DNA from: Spirochaetota bacterium
GTDB lineage: Bacteria; Spirochaetota; UBA4802; UBA5550
Direction: 5' to 3'
Assembly: GCA_963664815.2 (NCBI GenBank)
Contig: CAXXHB010000002.1
Location: 160,001-224,000 of the forward strand
Length of the DNA stretch: 64,000 bases
Every line of letters starts with the position of its first letter. Positions within the stretch are counted from its first letter, which is position 1. Below, piece by piece: positions 50,785 through 60,262 of this stretch. The notes below the pieces were generated by a model. The model was not told where the DNA came from. It saw only the letters and a list, made by a program, of their open reading frames with translations, and did not search any database. The position numbers and the translations under genes were made by a program.

Positions 50785-51672
50785 ATGCTGAGTTTTCTTC
50801 TTGGAGTAGTAAAAGGTATAATAAGTGCCATTCTTTTTGTAATAAACACTCTTTTCTGGGTCAGTCTGCTCCTGATAGTCTCAGCGTTCAGAATACTAAT
50901 CCCTTTAAAATTCTGGTACAGGTATACTTCAGAAATCTCTATCTTTATTGCAAATAGCTGGATAACCATAAATAATATGACAATTGCATTATTACATAAA
51001 ATTCAGTGGGATGTGGAGTATTCCGGCGAGATGAAGATGAATGACTGGTATCTGGTACTTTCAAATCACCAGACATGGGTTGACATCATTGTTCTTCAAA
51101 AAGTTCTGCTCAATAAAATTCCATTCCTCAAATTCTTTCTAAAAAAAGAACTCATCTGGGTTCCTGTCCTCGGTCCGGCATGGTGGAGTCTCGAGTTCCC
51201 GTTTATGAAACGATACTCCAAAGAGTTTCTTGAGAAGAACCCACATCTAAGGGGAAAGGACATTGAATCAACAAAAAAGGCATGCGAAAAATATAAAACA
51301 ATGCCAATCTCAATCATGAATTTTATGGAAGGCACACGCTTTACAAAATTCAAGCATGACCATCAACAGTCACCTTACAGTAACTTACTTAAACCGAAAG
51401 CCGGTGGTATTTCATTGGTAATGAACAGTATGGGAAACATGCTTCACAAAATTGCCGATGTAACAATCTTTTACCCGGAAGGACCAAAGACTTTCTGGGA
51501 ATTTCTCTGCGGTAAAACAACCAGAATTGTAGTAAAAGTAAATATTATTCCAATAACCGATGAAATCCGTGGAGATTATGTTAATGACACAGAGTTCAGC
51601 AGTAAATTTTATAGATGGCTTAATGATTTCTGGATTAAAAAAGACAAACTTTTAACAGATCTTAAAAAATAA
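50785..51672 (+). CDS. Acyltransferase, YihG/PlsC-like (paralog of 47360-48253)
   Basis: NHQTWVD, FFLKKELIWVP, FMEGTRFT and LLKPKAGG. Confidence 0.9.
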   Translation: MLSFLLGVVKGIISAILFVINTLFWVSLLLIVSAFRILIPLKFWYRYTSEISIFIANSWITINNMTIALLHKIQWDVEYSGEMKMNDWYLVLSNHQTWVDIIVLQKVLLNKIPFLKFFLKKELIWVPVLGPAWWSLEFPFMKRYSKEFLEKNPHLRGKDIESTKKACEKYKTMPISIMNFMEGTRFTKFKHDHQQSPYSNLLKPKAGGISLVMNSMGNMLHKIADVTIFYPEGPKTFWEFLCGKTTRIVVKVNIIPITDEIRGDYVNDTEFSSKFYRWLNDFWIKKDKLLTDLKK

Positions 51673-51680
51673 AATTCTTT

Positions 51681-51718
51681 ATCCGGTCATTTCATTTATG
51701 AAGAAGATCTGACCGGAT
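51681..51718. terminator. Inverted repeat between convergent genes (possible bidirectional terminator)
   Basis: Perfect 9-bp arms ATCCGGTCA...TGACCGGAT. Confidence 0.55.
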
Positions 51719-52449
51719 TATTGCCACTCAGTTATCCCTCTCGTCAACTCCTTTCCCGAGTTTTTCCCTATGAGTCTGTGAATAATTCTTCCGTCTTCTT
51801 TATTACCTGACGCCTGAGATATAACATTCTCACCATACCGGGTCTCACTTTTAAAATTGATCACTATATCCTTAAGTGCTTTTTCTCCATTAATATCTTC
51901 GCCGGTCTCTATAATCCATGATGTATAAACTGAATTGTTAACATGCCTGTTCATATCGAGGTCACTTTTTCGTACAGAAAATTCCTTCTCGTATTCGATC
52001 CGGGATATTTCAGAAATAGGGGGGAATTTATCATCCAGGGCTCTTTCCGAATTCATTGGATAACCGGGAAAGAGATCGGAGGGCTTAACCGGAACCATTT
52101 TAAAAATATTCATCAGCATCCATGAACTAGTTGCCTGCATTAATATGTTTTTTTCTTCATCTGTTACAATAAATTCACGAACAGCAAAATATCCATTCTC
52201 ACCGGATCTCCATGTTGTAATAGTAAATTTATCATAAAGGGAAGGAAGTTTTAATACAGAGAGCCTGTATCTTGAAATAACCCAGCTATACCCTTTGCGG
52301 AGAATGTCTGATCCTCCAAAACCGATAGAATTAGCATGCGCACCGGTCACTCCCTGAAAATAATTAAATAATACCGGTATTTTAATTGTTCCTCCGGGAC
52401 CTGCATCATAAAGGGTAACCGAGGATGTAATGGAATACTTGTTGGTCAT
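51718..52449 (-). CDS. Acyl-ACP thioesterase (FatA/FatB-like double hotdog)
   Basis: WVISRY, ATSSWM and VRKSDLDMNRHVNNSVY. Confidence 0.9.
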   Translation of the reverse strand: MTNKYSITSSVTLYDAGPGGTIKIPVLFNYFQGVTGAHANSIGFGGSDILRKGYSWVISRYRLSVLKLPSLYDKFTITTWRSGENGYFAVREFIVTDEEKNILMQATSSWMLMNIFKMVPVKPSDLFPGYPMNSERALDDKFPPISEISRIEYEKEFSVRKSDLDMNRHVNNSVYTSWIIETGEDINGEKALKDIVINFKSETRYGENVISQASGNKEDGRIIHRLIGKNSGKELTRGITEWQ

Positions 52450-52512
52450 CTGATCTATATCTCCCTGAATAATTATTTACAGCCTTACAGAATCAGATTC
52501 ATTTACTGATTT

Positions 52513-53244
52513 CTATTTTTTCATTACCAGTGGATGGTTCAATCCTCCGACATTGTTTTTTATTACATCAAATTCCGGCAGGCTTTCAAAGAGTTGAGTA
52601 AGATTTTTGAACCCATATGCGCGCGGATCAAAACTCGGATTTATCTTTCTGAGGTTTGATCCAACATGTGAAATATGAGTTTCTGAACCTTCACTCAGTG
52701 ACATTTCATAGGCCTTATCGATAAGATCGAGGTCAACTGCTGAGAGCTGAACTTTTTTAACTTTTGAATGAGAATTTTTTCCTTCAGCTTTTTCCTTTTC
52801 CGTTTCAGCCATTATATTTTCACAATAGGTAAAAATCTCACATGACTGTACAAAGGCATTAGGAGTTTTTTTCTCACCTATACCCATTACAAAAATCCCC
52901 TCCTCCCTGATTCTTTTTGCCAGACCTGTATAGTCGCTGTCACTTGATACTATACAGAAACCGTCCACAATTTTATCATGGAGAATATCCATTGCATCAA
53001 TAATCAGCGAAGTATCTGTGGAATTTTTTCCTGTAGTATATGAAAATTTCTGTATAGGGCTGAAAGAAAGATCATTCAGCGTCTCCTTCCACATGTTCAT
53101 ATGAGGATGAGTCCAGTCTCCGTAAATTCTCCGGATTGTTACCTTCCCATATTTTGAAACTTCCTCAAGTATTGCCTTCATCAGCTTTGCCCGGGCATTG
53201 TCTCCATCTACGAGTATTGCTATATGGTTTATTGCTGTTTCCAT
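52513..53244 (-). CDS. NYN (LabA/DUF88) domain protein with C-terminal OST-HTH
   Basis: LVDGDN, RRIYGDW, GKNSTD, IDAMD and VSSDSDY; FDPRAYGFKNL. Confidence 0.92.
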   Translation of the reverse strand: METAINHIAILVDGDNARAKLMKAILEEVSKYGKVTIRRIYGDWTHPHMNMWKETLNDLSFSPIQKFSYTTGKNSTDTSLIIDAMDILHDKIVDGFCIVSSDSDYTGLAKRIREEGIFVMGIGEKKTPNAFVQSCEIFTYCENIMAETEKEKAEGKNSHSKVKKVQLSAVDLDLIDKAYEMSLSEGSETHISHVGSNLRKINPSFDPRAYGFKNLTQLFESLPEFDVIKNNVGGLNHPLVMKK

Positions 53245-53356
53245 CCGCTTTTTCCTTATTCGTTCTCTTTTTAAAAATTTTTAATATTTAATCAAGGAAT
53301 CCATCAGGAATATTGATTTTTTCAAAAAATTAAATTTTAAAAAACAGAAATTCACT

Positions 53357-55450
53357 CTATTTGTATACCGGCATGCCAAGTGCAAGGTTCTTGATCATCT
53401 TGCGATCAACGATAGAACATCTTGCAATTGTCATCATGGGAAAATTTGCTTTAAAATATATCTTTTTACCATCAATTATCGTAAAAAGTTTATCTCCAAG
53501 CATTATATCCGATGCCTTTCTGGAAGCTACAGTAATTTCGAAACTTGCATTATTTATATTATAGATTTTGCCGATGAGTACACCCTCAACTTTTTTCTCT
53601 TCCACTGTTTTACTTATCAAATCCATAAGATCTGGAACAAGAGAAGCAATGTCCGGATATTTTGCTCCAAGTCGTAAAAGAACCTCTTCATCGGTCTGGC
53701 AGCTTTTTATAATTTCCTGGATTAATTCCGGTTTATTCAAATACTGCGAAAAAGCAAAGGCCGGAAAAAACAGCCCCTCTTTATCCCTTCCCTGATTGAT
53801 GTGCCATCCTATTAACTCATCTGCACCGGGACTTGTTGCATAATATCCCTTTGGTGTCCAGACAATCCATCGTTTTCTGTCGTTATGAGGGAAAAAGCTT
53901 AACAGCTCTTTACCGTCGGAAAGCCTGAACCAGCGTATTGTTCCATCACCAAATGATGCAATACCGAATCTCCCGTCAGAAGAAATATTTACATCCCATA
54001 CAATTGATGGTGCTGGCATAGACCACAACAAACTGCCATATCTGTTAAAACAATACAGGTTCCAGCTTGCTCCAAGCAATAATGTTGTGCCCTGATAGGA
54101 AACTGCGGCGCAACGTGAAACTTCACCATTAGCTATAGGAAGATTAGTTCCATTTAATGTCGGTTTGAGATAATGCTGCCAGAAATCAATTTTCATGGAT
54201 GATGAGTTAATCAAAGGATCATTTAAATCCGATCCGGGTTTAACTGATGGATTAAGAACCATTGTCTTGAAAGAAAAAAGTGCCGGCAATTCGTTATTGT
54301 ATTTGTATCCGAAATAAACGGAAGACCCATCGGATGAGATCTTCATACGTTTATTATTAAACATATGATTTGCAATTGACGGGGTATTGATAAATTGCAC
54401 CTTATTGTTTTTAATCACCCCGACCACAGGATCAGATGCGGCAAAAGCAACCATATCATTTTTAATTGCAACTATTGTCTGTATAGAGTCATTTCCTATA
54501 GCAATTTCCTCTTTTGATGATTTTCCTGAATCCTTCCACCTGAGTATATACCGGATTTCACCGTCTTTTTTATAGGACTGCCCTCCTGCATATAAACTCT
54601 TCCCGTCAGCAGACCAGCATGTCGCATAAAATCCGTGTGTAAATCCTGTCGTATTGGCAGAATACTTGTAAGCCAAATCCTCTCCCGAGTAAATATCTAT
54701 ATGTGAATCATCATTATATCCGACTGCAATAAGTCTGCCGTCAGGGGAAATACTTACAGGACGGGGTTTTGAATATCTCGTAAGCACTTTGCGTTGAAGT
54801 CTGAAACTCCTGTCATACAGTCGAATATATCCATCATCACAGGCCGTTACCAAACGACCGCTTTTGTCAAAAGAGGCATAATAAGTACTGTCTCCGTAAC
54901 TCGTATCCCGGGAATTCAAAGTATAATCTGCAGTATTATAAACTCGAATTCCATTTGAACCCAGACTTGCGACAAGATATTTCCCGTCAGGTGAATAAAT
55001 CAGGTTGAATATAACGTCTGGATGCCCTGTTATACGTTTAATCTGTTTGCCATTTTCAGTATTATAAATATATATAGATACGTCTTTATCCCAATCCCAG
55101 CATGTCCAGCCGCTACATGCAATAGTCGAGCCATCAGGAGAAATTGATACTGCATATATTTTACCTTCATTGCCATTGTCTAAAGGAGGTCTGATGGTTT
55201 TCAACAGCTTCCCTTTTACCCCGTCAAAAATCTTGACAGTTTTATCTCTTGAACCAGTTACTATATAGCGACCCGAAAAATCAACACTGACTCTCGCTAT
55301 GCTGGCTGTATGCATATTTGTATTAATACGAATAACTGGATTAGTTGCAGGATTAATTTTGGGTTTAATGTCCTCCACTTTTCTCTTTGCAGAGACGCAT
55401 GACAAAATAAAACTAAGACTAAAAAAAATAATGACAGATTTTTTTATCAT
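53357..55450 (-). CDS. WD40-repeat beta-propeller lipoprotein
   Basis: Lipobox ILSC; repeated SPDG/GSRDKTVKIFD/GDGTIRW units; WIVWTPKGYY. Confidence 0.85.
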   Translation of the reverse strand: MIKKSVIIFFSLSFILSCVSAKRKVEDIKPKINPATNPVIRINTNMHTASIARVSVDFSGRYIVTGSRDKTVKIFDGVKGKLLKTIRPPLDNGNEGKIYAVSISPDGSTIACSGWTCWDWDKDVSIYIYNTENGKQIKRITGHPDVIFNLIYSPDGKYLVASLGSNGIRVYNTADYTLNSRDTSYGDSTYYASFDKSGRLVTACDDGYIRLYDRSFRLQRKVLTRYSKPRPVSISPDGRLIAVGYNDDSHIDIYSGEDLAYKYSANTTGFTHGFYATCWSADGKSLYAGGQSYKKDGEIRYILRWKDSGKSSKEEIAIGNDSIQTIVAIKNDMVAFAASDPVVGVIKNNKVQFINTPSIANHMFNNKRMKISSDGSSVYFGYKYNNELPALFSFKTMVLNPSVKPGSDLNDPLINSSSMKIDFWQHYLKPTLNGTNLPIANGEVSRCAAVSYQGTTLLLGASWNLYCFNRYGSLLWSMPAPSIVWDVNISSDGRFGIASFGDGTIRWFRLSDGKELLSFFPHNDRKRWIVWTPKGYYATSPGADELIGWHINQGRDKEGLFFPAFAFSQYLNKPELIQEIIKSCQTDEEVLLRLGAKYPDIASLVPDLMDLISKTVEEKKVEGVLIGKIYNINNASFEITVASRKASDIMLGDKLFTIIDGKKIYFKANFPMMTIARCSIVDRKMIKNLALGMPVYK

Positions 55451-55743
55451 AATTTATCTCCATATCAAATCAAATTTTATATATTCATCAGAATAATAAG
55501 TCAGAAATATCCTGCTTAATAATCCTTTATTAATTTTAATAAAATTAATAAACATTGCTGATATAATAATTTTTTACTGGTAAATTTTATTTAATGTATA
55601 TTTTATAAACTATTTGTCAAGAATGTTACACAGCCACCTTCCGAAAGCATACATGCATGATTTCATCATTCGATAGCAAAATCCGGATTGACATTGCTCC
55701 ACTTTTAAGATTGTTATAAGAATCAAAACACTCAGGGAACAAT

Positions 55744-56592
55744 ATGTTTACGGCATCAGATGGGATACAGATCGACATCAGGGAAAATCCGGCACCGGTA
55801 CAAAAAGCCATCCTCGTTTTATGGCCATGCATGACAGGAAATACTGACATGTACAGGCTTCCTGTCGGGGATTTTAACATCGCCGGTATTTCAGTCGTAC
55901 AATTCAATCCACGCGGTCATGCAGGTTCCGGTGGACAGTTTGACCTGACCCGCTGCATTGATGACCTCAACGAATATCTCGAATCATTACATATAAAAGA
56001 CATCCCGCTCTGGTTCGTTGGACACAGCGCCGGAGCAAGTGCGGTTCTGAAATATGGCACATTTTATAAACTGTCTTACAGGTACATCCTTGTCTCACCG
56101 GTGCTGGACAGTATAGAATCATACAAATATCTTTATATGAATCAACACCAGCCAGAAATTAATACGCTTATTTCATCGCTGACCTCAAATAAAGAGTTTA
56201 TGCACAAACTTCTTGAAAATAATGAGTGGATGAAACATGAAGTATGGGAAAAGAAATTCTGCCGTATAAAGATTAATGCAATTTCCGGAAATTTACTTAT
56301 CGGCTCGCTCATGGAAAAGCTGTTCATTGAAGGATATAATGCATTCCAAGACCTGAAACTGCACAGGGAAAAAACAACAATTCTACTCCCCGTGTCAGAT
56401 AACTGGTATCCAATGACAGTTACTTCTGAACTGGCCGCACAGAACGGAATTAATCTTGAAACAATAATTGAAGCAAAAGATCATTACTTTACAGGCGCAT
56501 GGAAATATGTCTGGCAACGCATCCTGGAGTATATGCGTTTGCAAAATGACACCTATTTCAAATCATCTACAGATATCACTGTCGCTCCGTAA
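55744..56592 (+). CDS. Alpha/beta hydrolase
   Basis: NPRGHAGS, nucleophile GHSAG, and a C-terminal DH. Confidence 0.8.
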   Translation: MFTASDGIQIDIRENPAPVQKAILVLWPCMTGNTDMYRLPVGDFNIAGISVVQFNPRGHAGSGGQFDLTRCIDDLNEYLESLHIKDIPLWFVGHSAGASAVLKYGTFYKLSYRYILVSPVLDSIESYKYLYMNQHQPEINTLISSLTSNKEFMHKLLENNEWMKHEVWEKKFCRIKINAISGNLLIGSLMEKLFIEGYNAFQDLKLHREKTTILLPVSDNWYPMTVTSELAAQNGINLETIIEAKDHYFTGAWKYVWQRILEYMRLQNDTYFKSSTDITVAP

Positions 56593-57215
56593 GATTTATA
56601 TTTTTCAATTCTTCCCGCTGAAGGTTCACCTCCGGAGACCGAGATTACAGCATCTTTCACAACAAACACTTTGTAACCCTTCGCAACAGCTCCTTTGATA
56701 GTGCTGTCAACGCAAAACTCTGCAGCAAGCCCGGTTATATAAAGGGTTCCTATCTTTTTTGACTCGAGATATTGCTGTAATGAAGGATTTGTAAAAGCAT
56801 CTCCCCTTGACTTTGTAATAATTTTCGATTTTTCCCTGTAGATTAATTTATTAATTGCTGTTCCGGGATCTCCCTCTTCAGGGAATGTAGGAAGCAGAAA
56901 AGAAAGAAATGAATTTTTAGGGAATTCCTGTCTTATGTAAACCGGTTCCAGCTTTTTGAGTTTATCAAGAACTGTGTTTACATTTTTAAGAAATATATCC
57001 ACTTTATATTCATGCATTTTTCTTTCATTATCATAAGATGTAAGCATGTTCTGTACATCAATTACCAGTATTGCAGAATTTGTATCTTTCACAGGATCAA
57101 TAGCAGCCCCTTTGGATGGGACAAGTATATAGAAAAACTCAATGCATAAAACAACTACGGCATACAAAAGAACAATCCCGACTGGAATTGCCAGTATTTT
57201 CATAACTTTTTTCAT
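56553..57215 (-). CDS. Isochorismatase-family cysteine hydrolase with N-terminal membrane anchor
   Basis: ILVIDVQN, K..GDAF and GLAAEFCVDST; hydrophobic N-terminal helix. Confidence 0.88.
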   Translation of the reverse strand: MKKVMKILAIPVGIVLLYAVVVLCIEFFYILVPSKGAAIDPVKDTNSAILVIDVQNMLTSYDNERKMHEYKVDIFLKNVNTVLDKLKKLEPVYIRQEFPKNSFLSFLLPTFPEEGDPGTAINKLIYREKSKIITKSRGDAFTNPSLQQYLESKKIGTLYITGLAAEFCVDSTIKGAVAKGYKVFVVKDAVISVSGGEPSAGRIEKYKSYGATVISVDDLK

Positions 57216-57464
57216 ATAAATTCCTCCTCATATAAAAATATCACCAGCTCCAGTGTATTTGTCAATGAAGAAAAATTGACCGATTAGTTCCTGTTCAGTA
57301 TAATAAGAAATACATCTTCATAAATATACTTTTACCATTTTTGATAAGTGCAACCTGTATCAAAATTTATATTAACCAAAAGATATTGACAAAACCATTG
57401 ATTATTTTAACGAAGATTTACTGTATAAATAAGAGATTTACAACTTCAAATAAAAGCAGGAAAA

Positions 57465-59018
57465 ATGAATATTTTTATTACACTAGAAGATCTACTGTTC
57501 AGACGAATTAAGCATTCTGCGAATTTATTAATTTATAAAAAAGCACAATTTACCGCTTATTCCGATATATTTTTTATTATTCTTATGGTTATCCTCTGTT
57601 TTGCCGCAACATCCTATGAAGATAAAACCCGTTTGTATAATACATTACGGCTTTCCATTCCGGTCATGACGGTTGCAGTTATCTCCCTGATTTCCGTGAT
57701 AAAGGGGAAACCTGAATTCGGAATGAATATTATGGCCGTCGGTGCCTGTATTTTGGCTTCTGCGGGGTATCTTACTGCCCCGGGTCATCTTGCAGGCGTA
57801 TCTCTTGCCTACTTCATGTATCTTGATCTCATCTATGCTTCTTTTTTCTGTCCTGCAATTCTTTCCGCAATTATGCTTATTATGTTTCTTGCAACCAAAT
57901 CGGTTTATTATTTCATAATAGCTCTACCATCTGCAGATGGAATTCTGCATGTAACAATAAAGACTGCGTTCCTTGACGGTAGTATAACTCTTATATGTGT
58001 TTATGTAGTCGGATTCTTCGCCAGCAGGTTTATGAACCAGGGACTCAACCAGACTGCAATGGAATCAAAAAAAAATGAAGCGCAGCTTGTGTATATCAAC
58101 AACCTTCTCCACACAATAAAATCTGCTTCCGAAGAACTCCGTAATTCAATAAATCTCAATTCTCAATTGATCGATTCATATACAGAAAATGCACAGAATC
58201 ATTCGGCTTCTGTTGAAACACTAACATCCTCTCTTGAAGAGATCTCTGCCGGAACAGAAAATGTTGCACTCCAGGCAACTGATCAGAATAAAGCTCTCAT
58301 GAATCTGATAGACTGCCTTAACTCCCTGACGATGTCGATAGACCACACGGAGAATTTCTCAAACGAAATAAACGATCTTTTTAAAAGTTTTATATCGCTG
58401 GCAGAACAGGGGGAAAAAGCCTCTGAAGAACTTGAAAAAACAAACAGAAAAATATTGCATAACTCCGTAGAAGTTGAAACGGTAACATCCATCATAGAAG
58501 ATTTTTTCGACAAAATAAACCTTCTGTCTCTGAATGCGGCCATCGAAGCAGCCAGAGCTGGTGAGTTCGGACGTGGATTTGCAGTAGTCTCCGATGAAAT
58601 AGGAAAACTTGCTGATACTTCCCAGCAGCAGCTTAAACACATTTCAGCACTTCTGGGAACCAATCGTAAAGATGTTGAAGAAGGGAACAAAAATATTGAA
58701 AATATACTTAACTTTATCCGTGGTATCCTTGTTAATTTCGAAAAAATTCAGGGAAAATCGCTTGATATAATACAAGAGATTAATGGGCAAAAAAAACTGA
58801 AAAAAATCATGAACGAACGGGCTGAAGCTGTAATTGATAAATCTGTAATTATTGATAATTCCATGAATGAGCAAAAGCTGGCTATTACTGATATAGTTCA
58901 ATCTGTTGAAGACACAAATTATATAGTGCAGAAAAATGCTGAGAATACCGAACTTTTACGTGAAAATTCCGGCAAAATTAAAAATCTTGCAGAAGACTTA
59001 AGTACAAAATTATCATGA
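57465..59018 (+). CDS. Methyl-accepting chemotaxis protein
   Basis: Multi-TM N-terminus; signalling hairpin INLLSLNAAIEAARAGEFGRGFAVVSDEIGKLA. Confidence 0.93.
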   Translation: MNIFITLEDLLFRRIKHSANLLIYKKAQFTAYSDIFFIILMVILCFAATSYEDKTRLYNTLRLSIPVMTVAVISLISVIKGKPEFGMNIMAVGACILASAGYLTAPGHLAGVSLAYFMYLDLIYASFFCPAILSAIMLIMFLATKSVYYFIIALPSADGILHVTIKTAFLDGSITLICVYVVGFFASRFMNQGLNQTAMESKKNEAQLVYINNLLHTIKSASEELRNSINLNSQLIDSYTENAQNHSASVETLTSSLEEISAGTENVALQATDQNKALMNLIDCLNSLTMSIDHTENFSNEINDLFKSFISLAEQGEKASEELEKTNRKILHNSVEVETVTSIIEDFFDKINLLSLNAAIEAARAGEFGRGFAVVSDEIGKLADTSQQQLKHISALLGTNRKDVEEGNKNIENILNFIRGILVNFEKIQGKSLDIIQEINGQKKLKKIMNERAEAVIDKSVIIDNSMNEQKLAITDIVQSVEDTNYIVQKNAENTELLRENSGKIKNLAEDLSTKLS

Positions 59019-59105
59019 AATGCTTTTAATTAAAATTCCTGATGTCCTCACTGCTATCAAAGATAAAGATTTTTACTTCTTCAATTACTCCTTATAAGAA
59101 AAAAA

Positions 59106-59921
59106 TCAGCTGCCTCCGGAACTGAATCTAATAACCAGCCCTTTTTCCGTAACCGAAAATTCAATGATCATGGTTTCCGTTCCCATCCCCATTTCATCAA
59201 CAGACTCATCATATATCTTTAGATAAACAATATCTCCTTTAATCTCCTTTACTTCTACAGTATCATTCCACTTAGTATTTAACATCTGAATACTCCCGGA
59301 AGAATTTGCTACAGGGAACTTTCGTCCTTTCAGATTATTAAATCCCATCATCTTCATCATAACAAACGCTTCAGCAAGCCTGACATCCTGCATAGTAAAA
59401 ATAATACTGAACTCAGGTAATCCAGGCTTGCCTTCCTTCCTCTCAATAGTAAAACGGTTAGTGTATTCTTTCACTGAATAAAAATACATATTATCTTCTG
59501 TTTTTTTCTCTTTTCCTTTCAATTTAAATTTTTTATCAGCATATAGTTCTAAAATTTTAAAATCATCACACTCTTTTATACATTTATCCGGAACAGGATG
59601 CAAGGAAAGAAATCCATCAAAAGCATATCCCTCTTCCCCTTCATAAAAAACTTTAACCCAATAACCCTTAATTCCGTTTAGCTCAAAAGGTTTATCCCCA
59701 ACATTTTCTTCCTTGACCGTTACCTGTTTGCCATAAGGAGCCAAAGATATTTTGGAAGCATTTTTATCAGCAGACGACCTTAACACAAGTCCTGCCTCAG
59801 AGAGAACGAAGAGCAGGTCTCCTTTTTTATAATATATTTTTTCTTTTCCATCAACCGGGAATAAAAACACAGCTAAAAGAAAAAGCAATCCGACAGCAGA
59901 TATTACTTTTGCGTTTCTCAT
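59106..59921 (-). CDS. Exported SH3b-domain protein
   Basis: Signal peptide; GLVLRSSAD...PYG..V...GYWVKV.Y...GYAFDGFL. Confidence 0.8.
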   Translation of the reverse strand: MRNAKVISAVGLLFLLAVFLFPVDGKEKIYYKKGDLLFVLSEAGLVLRSSADKNASKISLAPYGKQVTVKEENVGDKPFELNGIKGYWVKVFYEGEEGYAFDGFLSLHPVPDKCIKECDDFKILELYADKKFKLKGKEKKTEDNMYFYSVKEYTNRFTIERKEGKPGLPEFSIIFTMQDVRLAEAFVMMKMMGFNNLKGRKFPVANSSGSIQMLNTKWNDTVEVKEIKGDIVYLKIYDESVDEMGMGTETMIIEFSVTEKGLVIRFSSGGS

Positions 59922-60262
59922 TGATATTTTCCTTTATTAAAAAATTTTAATAAGATGAAATTAATGCATTATCACTTCAAATGCCATTATAATTTGAAAA
60001 ACATAACACCTTCATATAATTCTGATATTAACAATAAATATAATAGAATACAAAAAAATTGTTCTTAATTTAAACTAAATCTTAAAATCATTAATCATAG
60101 ATCAGAGATCTATACAATAGGCATCTAATCTTGATAAAAAATTATATTAAGTGGTATATATAAATTTATTGACACTAAAAATCTTTCTTCTATTCTTAAA
60201 AAATAAATTCCCATCGGACTGATAAAATGATATAATCTCCAATTCCGGATATCGTGATAATA

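Noticed and set aside
52513-55450. NYN nuclease plus WD40 protein as an anti-phage system
   Set aside because: LabA/DUF88 proteins are widespread, the WD40 protein is an exported lipoprotein, and there is no defence-island context.
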